Shown: piece after piece, positions 57,466-63,059 of the stretch | How positions within the stretch are numbered: position 1 is the first letter of the stretch | Layout: each line of letters begins with the position of its first letter | NCBI GenBank assembly: GCA_030705825.1 | Contig: JAUZPR010000005.1 | Location: forward strand, 1 to 63,059 | DNA: 63,059 bases | Direction of reading: 5' to 3' | From: Bacillota bacterium | Lineage (GTDB): Bacteria; Bacillota; Clostridia; Acetivibrionales; JANLFN01 | Notes under the pieces: generated by a model | The model's input: the letters and a program-made list of their open reading frames with translations, nothing else | The model's database searches: none | Told to the model about the DNA's origin: nothing | Translations under genes and position numbers: made by a program

Positions 57466-58676
57466 TTATTTTTACCTGCTTCCATATTATTTACAATACA
57501 ATTTATTTTACCGTCATTGACATTAATTTCAACAGACTGGTCCTTTTGTACATCAGATATGGATTTTACTATCTTTCCGTCTTGAGTTCGTCTTACCACG
57601 CTGTAGCCCCTGGTCATTATACCCAGCGGGCTCATTGCATCCAGCTTTCCAATCAGTGTTGCAAGCTTGGATTGTGACCTTTCCCTATTTGCCTCAACAC
57701 CTCTTATCAAATATTTGTTGAGCTGATCCAGCCTCATCCGCTCCTGGTAAACCCTGTTGAATGGCTGTTTAAAAGCGGTGCTTTCGGTCATCCGGTGAAG
57801 CTTGTCCCTTTTGCGCTCAATATTTTTGACAAATGAAACTTCCATTCTCTTTTTCATGGCATCAAGCTGTTTACAGAGCATTACCCTGTCTGGGACAGCC
57901 AGTTCGGCGGCAGCTGAAGGAGTCGGAGCCCTTAGGTCCGAAACAAAGTCTGCTATTGTAAAATCGGTTTCATGCCCTACGGCTGATATTACGGGGATTT
58001 TTGAAGCAAATATGCTTCTGGCAACCAATTCGTCATTGAAGGCCCATAATTCTTCAAGTGAACCTCCCCCACGAGCGACGATTATTATATCGGCGAGCTC
58101 ATTATCATTAATGAGCTTGATAGCCCTTGCAATCTGCTTCGGTGCGGCTTCGCCCTGGACCGCAACACCGAATACCTTTACCTCAACCTTGCTGAACCTT
58201 CGGTTCAAAACGTTGCATATATCCCTTATTACGGCACCTGTCGGTGAAGTTACCACACCGATTGTCCTCGGCAAAAAAGGAATTTTCTTTTTGAATTTTT
58301 CATCAAACAAACCTTCTGCCGCCAACTTTTTCTTAAGCTGCTCGAAAGCAAGATGAAGATTTCCGAGGCCATCCGGTGTCATTTCCTCGGCATACAGCTG
58401 ATATTGCCCGTCTCTTTCAAACACCGAAACATAGCCTCTAACTATGACCTTCATCCCATTATCCGGTACAAATTTTAGCCCTGTAGCATGACTTTTAAAC
58501 ATAACGCACTTAAGGACACTGTTTTCATCCTTTAGTGTAAAGTACATGTGTCCGGAATAGTGATTCTTAAAGTTTGATATTTCACCCTTTACCCAAACGT
58601 CCGAAAGTATTATATCCTTCGAAACTATATCCTTTATGTATCTGTTGATTTCACTGATACTGAGTATCCGCTGCAT
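57462..58676 (-). CDS. xseA: Exodeoxyribonuclease VII large subunit
   Basis: OB-fold N-terminus (VWVKGEISNFKNHYSGHMYFTLKD), catalytic core (GGGSLEELWAFNDE) and coiled-coil tail. Start at ATG 58676 with an AGGAAAGG RBS. Confidence 0.95.
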   Translation of the reverse strand: MQRILSISEINRYIKDIVSKDIILSDVWVKGEISNFKNHYSGHMYFTLKDENSVLKCVMFKSHATGLKFVPDNGMKVIVRGYVSVFERDGQYQLYAEEMTPDGLGNLHLAFEQLKKKLAAEGLFDEKFKKKIPFLPRTIGVVTSPTGAVIRDICNVLNRRFSKVEVKVFGVAVQGEAAPKQIARAIKLINDNELADIIIVARGGGSLEELWAFNDELVARSIFASKIPVISAVGHETDFTIADFVSDLRAPTPSAAAELAVPDRVMLCKQLDAMKKRMEVSFVKNIERKRDKLHRMTESTAFKQPFNRVYQERMRLDQLNKYLIRGVEANRERSQSKLATLIGKLDAMSPLGIMTRGYSVVRRTQDGKIVKSISDVQKDQSVEINVNDGKINCIVNNMEAGKNK

Positions 58677-58810
58677 GACCTTTCCTTTCCAACCCTCACC
58701 CCTACCGCTCTCCCATAGCATTAGGCGAATGGAATTATTATAAGCGCTATTATCTTGTACATCATTTATAAATAGCATAAGAACATAATTATGCTTTAAG
58801 TTTCCTATGA

Positions 58811-58835
58811 AAAAGCCGGATTATATCCGGCTTTT
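58811..58835 (-). terminator. Intrinsic terminator after nusB
   Basis: GCCGGA-TTATA-TCCGGC stem with A4/T4 flanks. Confidence 0.8.
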
Positions 58836-58866
58836 AAATGCTTTGTTTTAAATTATTATGCTGCTT

Positions 58867-59298
58867 CTACTGTTCCTCTTGTATGCTGTCTTCGGGGTTT
58901 TTTGAACCTTTTTGTACTTTCCCCAGAATACCGTTTATAAATGCCCCTGCTTCCTCTCCGCTGTACTTCTTTGCAAGTTCGACAGCCTCATTTATCGAAA
59001 CATTATACGGAATATCATCCATGTAACAGATTTCATAAAATCCCAGCCTCAAAATTGCAAGGTCAACCTTAGATATTCTGTTGAGTTTCCAGCCTTTAGC
59101 ATGAGTTTCTATAAGATTGTCCAGATACGCACAATTCTTGAAAACACCATCTACGACTTTTTCTATATATTTTTTGTCCGATTCATTTACAGGTTCCTGT
59201 TCCAGAGCAGTTTTCAACTGTTCGTCCCTGTCTTCCTTCTGTATTTCCAATTGGTACAAGAGCTTCATTGCCAATTCTCTGGACGCTCTTCTTCCCAT
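58867..59298 (-). CDS. nusB: Transcription antitermination factor NusB
   Basis: RRASRELAMKLLYQ..., NEAVELAKKY....FINGILG. Start at ATG 59298 (GGGAGG RBS). Confidence 0.95.
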   Translation of the reverse strand: MGRRASRELAMKLLYQLEIQKEDRDEQLKTALEQEPVNESDKKYIEKVVDGVFKNCAYLDNLIETHAKGWKLNRISKVDLAILRLGFYEICYMDDIPYNVSINEAVELAKKYSGEEAGAFINGILGKVQKGSKNPEDSIQEEQ

Positions 59299-59373
59299 TA
59301 AAGCTATACCTCCCAACCCTCATCCTGTCCTAAATAATATAAAGGCTGAGATTGTTTTGACAACCTCGCCTTT

Positions 59374-59604
59374 CTACCTGTAAGTTCCGGGCGGCAGCAC
59401 CCTGTCCAGGAGATTCTTTATGTAATCCTTGTCTTCGTATATTCTCTTGCCAATATAATAACCTATTCCTACACATATTGCAATAAACAGCGTTCTAAAA
59501 AAGCCCAGCAGCAAAAAGGCAACTGCTATAACCAAACCTACAAGCGCACCATTAATTCCGCCGCGGTGTGAATTGTAAAACTTCAGGAAACCTTCCTTGT
59601 TCAT
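59374..59604 (-). CDS. Small integral membrane protein (DUF2273-like)
   Basis: 76 aa, two TM helices. Conserved position after amaP in Asp23 clusters. Confidence 0.6.
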   Translation of the reverse strand: MNKEGFLKFYNSHRGGINGALVGLVIAVAFLLLGFFRTLFIAICVGIGYYIGKRIYEDKDYIKNLLDRVLPPGTYR

Positions 59605-59621
59605 AACATTACCTCCACACC

Positions 59622-60173
59622 TTATTCTACCCGGGATTTACTGTATCCGGTATAGATATTTTCAACGATCACGCTTACATTGCTTACCGGTACGCCTGAT
59701 GTGTCTTCAACTGATTTTTTAACCTTGGACTGCATGTCCTCAGATAGTGCCGGTATATTAACATCAGGAAGAACAACCGTCTTAATTACAATTGATACAT
59801 TATCCTCATGCTTTGTTACATAAGCTTTGGATTCCCTTATACCGCTCAGCCTTCTGGAAGCTGCCAGCGCTATGTTTTCAATTGAATTAAGTGATATTCT
59901 GATCTCACCTATATTAGTATGCTTTTTGACGGATTTTTTATCCTTATTGCTTTTAAAGCCCGAAAACAGAAATATAATACTGATTCCAAGGAATATTACT
60001 TCAACCACAAACAATAAAATGGAAGAACTTCTTCCAAGTATCAGATTATTGTAAATGTAGTCTGAAACATCATCGAACATTTTCGGGTTCAAAGTAACTA
60101 TAATTGCTATTACGGATATTATTGTAAGACAAAATGCATATACGGCAAGTAAAATTCTAAAAAACAGGTTCAT
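59622..60173 (-). CDS. amaP: Alkaline-shock-response membrane anchor protein AmaP
   Basis: 183 aa with two N-terminal TM helices and a soluble domain. Located downstream of the Asp23-family gene. Confidence 0.65.
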   Translation of the reverse strand: MNLFFRILLAVYAFCLTIISVIAIIVTLNPKMFDDVSDYIYNNLILGRSSSILLFVVEVIFLGISIIFLFSGFKSNKDKKSVKKHTNIGEIRISLNSIENIALAASRRLSGIRESKAYVTKHEDNVSIVIKTVVLPDVNIPALSEDMQSKVKKSVEDTSGVPVSNVSVIVENIYTGYSKSRVE

Positions 60174-60431
60174 AAATATACCCCACCTCTTCCTTTGCCT
60201 TTTTTAACATCTGTTTATTCTTAAGTAAAATGTATTTCTTAATATATTTTGGATAATCTATCCTATTTTCTATATAATAACATTATAATTTATTTTTAAA
60301 TAAAAATAAACCCCGGTTATTAAATCCCATTAATTATACATGCTTGTTGGTTGTATAATACGGTTTCCCGAGGGCTGTATTATTCTATAGTATTGACATT
60401 TAATCGTTACAAGAAACAATTCCCGGAATAA

Positions 60432-60839
60432 TTATTTTACTCTTGGAATATCTTCTGAGGAATCTCTCTTGTCCTTTTCTATATTTACTCCCTGTACATG
60501 TATGTTTACTTCAACTACATTCAAACCGGTCATGGTTTCAACAGATTTTTTTACCTTCTCCTGAATCTCCCAGGCGATATCGGGAATTCTGTAACCATAT
60601 TCTACGATTATATAAAGATCTATTGCAGCCTCTTTTTCTCCGACTTCAACCTTTACTCCCTTTGAAAGATTTTTTCTTCCAAGCATTTCGGCAATACCGC
60701 CTGCAATACCGCCGCTCATTCCTGCCACGCCGGATACTTCAGTTGCAGCTATTCCTGAAATTATTGCAACTACCTCATCAGTTATTCTTATCGAACCCAT
60801 CTCATCCTGCAAATTTGAATTAGCGTTGATTTCTTCCAA
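60432..60839 (-). CDS. Asp23/Gls24-family envelope stress protein
   Basis: 135 aa, IRITDEVVAIISGIAATEVSGV..., VNIHVQGV. Confidence 0.9.
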   Translation of the reverse strand: MEEINANSNLQDEMGSIRITDEVVAIISGIAATEVSGVAGMSGGIAGGIAEMLGRKNLSKGVKVEVGEKEAAIDLYIIVEYGYRIPDIAWEIQEKVKKSVETMTGLNVVEVNIHVQGVNIEKDKRDSSEDIPRVK

Positions 60840-61104
60840 GTCTTTCTACCTCCCTGCCGGTAACCAATGATAATTATCGGTTCCAGTTCGTTTACCTTTA
60901 TAATTAGCAAACAAAATTTGAGCAAATTGCATCATTTTGGAGCAATGTAATTATACCACTATTTTCTGCTGTCTATCAACATTGTATCGATAAGTACCCT
61001 AAATCAACTGTTTTTATTGGTCATACTCTTTACAAGGATGTATTTTTTCAGGGTTTGGAGGCATCCCGCTTTCTCTTGGATTTTAAAAATGGATAAGTTC
61101 ATTA

Positions 61105-61719
61105 CTAAAACATATTCTTTACTCTAATATCGTTTATCTTTACTTTCAACTGTCTTGATGCAATATCCGTTATCTGCGCTACCTGTGATTCGGTAAGGGT
61201 TGGTGCCTGAACTATAACCTCCAGGCTTCCGTCTTCACCGTATATTGTTATTACATCGCTGAACCCCTTTTGCTTGATAAGCAATTCCATATTGGTCTCT
61301 TTTTCCGAGTTGTCTATAAGTTTTATCATTTTATCATAGGCAGCCTTTTTGGAAGCACTGTCTGCATTGTTATCCTGGGTAATAGTTTTTAATGCATCAA
61401 TATCCTTACTTCTTTCGGTATCCCTATCCAGCTTTGTCTGGGCGAAGTAATCCCTTACCTGTTTGGATGCGCTTACAGCCTTTTGATCTGACGAGGATTT
61501 GCTGTCTGTCTTGGAACTTTTATTATTGTTGGAACTGCTTTGCTGCGGTGTGCCGGTTTTGTCCCTGCCATCTACATAGACCGAATCTCCTATTCTGCCA
61601 ACATCTTTACTGTCTGCCGATACACTGCTCTTTTTATAGCTATACTGCAGGTATCCTGCAACAAGTATCATAAGAATCAAGGATAGAATTACAATTTGTT
61701 TTCTTTTGAATACCATCAT
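61105..61719 (-). CDS. spoIIIAH: Stage III sporulation protein AH
   Basis: N-terminal TM, Ser/Lys-rich linker and a C-terminal YscJ/FliF-like domain. Last gene of the spoIIIA block, before asp23/nusB as in Bacillus. Confidence 0.75.
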   Translation of the reverse strand: MMVFKRKQIVILSLILMILVAGYLQYSYKKSSVSADSKDVGRIGDSVYVDGRDKTGTPQQSSSNNNKSSKTDSKSSSDQKAVSASKQVRDYFAQTKLDRDTERSKDIDALKTITQDNNADSASKKAAYDKMIKLIDNSEKETNMELLIKQKGFSDVITIYGEDGSLEVIVQAPTLTESQVAQITDIASRQLKVKINDIRVKNMF

Positions 61720-61906
61720 CTTACTCCCCCCAATGTAATTATTAAATATCTAAACATTTATTAGATGTTTTATACCTTGTACTACAGTTATATATATTCA
61801 TGTCTACATTCTTTTATATCTTTTTTATTTAATTCAACTATCCCATTTCATTATTTTAATGCAGCCATTCATTTGAAACATCGAACGCTTCAACGATTTT
61901 TCAAAT

Positions 61907-62533
61907 TTATTTGCTTCTTTGATACACCTGTATCTTATATACCGGAACATCCAGGGAAACCTGGGCTGCACTGCATAACTCCTCTCTGACCTGGGGATCG
62001 TCTGCACCGTCGGATATAATAATCACGCCTTTAACCTTGGGTTCCAATTCTTTTAGAATAATAGGCTTTTTACTGCCTCCCTGTGCTTCTTCATAAGCAA
62101 TGCTACTTTCATAATTACTCTGGTTTATATCACGTGTTCCTCCTGATGTATCTTTTTCCTGAGTATCGTTATCCGATTTTTTAACATCAACTGCCGGAAC
62201 CGATTCTTTTCCTGAATCATAGGTTATCATTACACTCACCTTACCCGCTCCGGCTATTTGGGAAAGGATACTTTCAAGCTCCTTTTCAAGATACTGCTTT
62301 TCATCCGATACCGTCGCAGCCGTGGGTGTTTCAGTGACTGTATTCTTTGCGTCAGTCAAAGTAGCGGCTTGCTTTTTGGAACCTCCGCCAAACAGTGAGC
62401 TTCCGGCTATTATAATGATTATCCCGATAATAATGGCTATTATTGAGTTTTCAATTATTTTCTTTTTATTTTTACCGTTGACCAGGTTTTGAAAAAACTC
62501 CTTTAATTTATCAAACTGTCCCATGCTTTTCAT
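61907..62533 (-). CDS. spoIIIAG: Stage III sporulation protein AG
   Basis: TM segment IIAIIIGIIIIIAG and conserved C-terminus VKGVIIISDGADDPQVREEL...KIQVY. Confidence 0.8.
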   Translation of the reverse strand: MKSMGQFDKLKEFFQNLVNGKNKKKIIENSIIAIIIGIIIIIAGSSLFGGGSKKQAATLTDAKNTVTETPTAATVSDEKQYLEKELESILSQIAGAGKVSVMITYDSGKESVPAVDVKKSDNDTQEKDTSGGTRDINQSNYESSIAYEEAQGGSKKPIILKELEPKVKGVIIISDGADDPQVREELCSAAQVSLDVPVYKIQVYQRSK

Positions 62534-62549
62534 CTCCTTTCCTTTGTAA

Positions 62550-63059
62550 TCAGTCCGCGGTTGTAATTAATATGCTTTCCTTATCAAGCTGAAAGACCTT
62601 ATTCAGCTTGGTTTCAACCTGTTCCTTAAGTTTGCCGCTTATTTCTTTTTGGCCGGATTGAACCGAAGCTTCCTTTGGTGTATCACCTTCTCTTACTTCA
62701 ATCTTATCAACCTTGCTTACCGGTACTACATCGGACTTGCCATCTGACTGGCTTATCTCCAGAACTACTTTTTCCAATGCTCCGAAGTTTTCGGAATTAT
62801 AATCCTCATTGATGGTGACACTTGATGTTACTGCGGAAATACCTTCAATATCATTAAGGCTTTCTTCAATTTTTTTGTTCAGCTTATCCTTATAAACCTG
62901 GATGATTTGCTGTTTCTGTTTTTCATCAACCAGCTTACTCTGCTCTTCAAGCTCCTTCTGATCAAGAATATTGCTGTCGGCAAGCTGAAAATCCTTTATA
63001 TCTATTCCTTTGCTCAAAAGACTTATGAATGGATTGATTATTGCTATTATCAAAATAAA
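62550..63059 (-). CDS. spoIIIAF: Stage III sporulation protein AF (N-terminus outside the window)
   Basis: Position immediately upstream of spoIIIAG. The reading frame is open to the window edge. The acidic/lysine-rich soluble domain is typical of AF. Confidence 0.6.
   Translation of the reverse strand, partial: FILIIAIINPFISLLSKGIDIKDFQLADSNILDQKELEEQSKLVDEKQKQQIIQVYKDKLNKKIEESLNDIEGISAVTSSVTINEDYNSENFGALEKVVLEISQSDGKSDVVPVSKVDKIEVREGDTPKEASVQSGQKEISGKLKEQVETKLNKVFQLDKESILITTAD

Noticed and set aside
1-63059. Prophage, IS element, integrative element or defence island
   Set aside because: No integrase, transposase, recombinase, phage structural, restriction-modification, toxin-antitoxin or cas-like ORFs were recognised. 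The only mobile-looking signatures are the short non-coding repeats reported above.

Overview
63-kb chromosomal segment of a low-GC, endospore-forming Firmicute of class Clostridia. Assigning it to a cellulolytic or thermophilic clostridial lineage is only an inference from protein sequences and gene order. Most of the window is conserved core genome, largely on the minus strand. One block is tepA-ylzJ, dipicolinate synthase dpaAB, an M16 peptidase, pnp and rpsO. A second is aroB, ileS with an Ile T-box leader, and the division-cluster tail divIVA-ylmH-yggT-sepF-yggS. The third is the Bacillus-like block spoIIIAF/G/H, asp23-amaP, nusB, xseA-xseB-ispA, dxs, tlyA, nadK, argR, recN, spoIVB and spo0A. 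Accessory or less standard content: a BceRS/BceAB-type peptide-antibiotic sensing and efflux module; a cotJABC spore-coat operon; five GGDEF/EAL c-di-GMP proteins plus an MCP between 11.7 and 28 kb; and a putative LexA-controlled radical-SAM/TIGR03915 DNA-repair pair. A murI gene is bracketed by 88-bp direct repeats. No transposase, integrase, phage gene, CRISPR array, rRNA or tRNA was seen. Two things stand out. (1) The 805-nt gap between ispA and a 4-TM protein upstream of dxs looks like an OLE RNA gene with its partner oapA. (2) Short tandem arrays with strict 7-nt periodicity (core AGTT, ACAGTTG-like) recur in at least six non-coding sites. They typically sit between a stop codon and the intrinsic terminator, and are almost always in the same sense as the mRNA. 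I cannot assign these arrays to any repeat or regulatory class I know. All calls rest on reading the sequence and the ORF translations; no searches were run.
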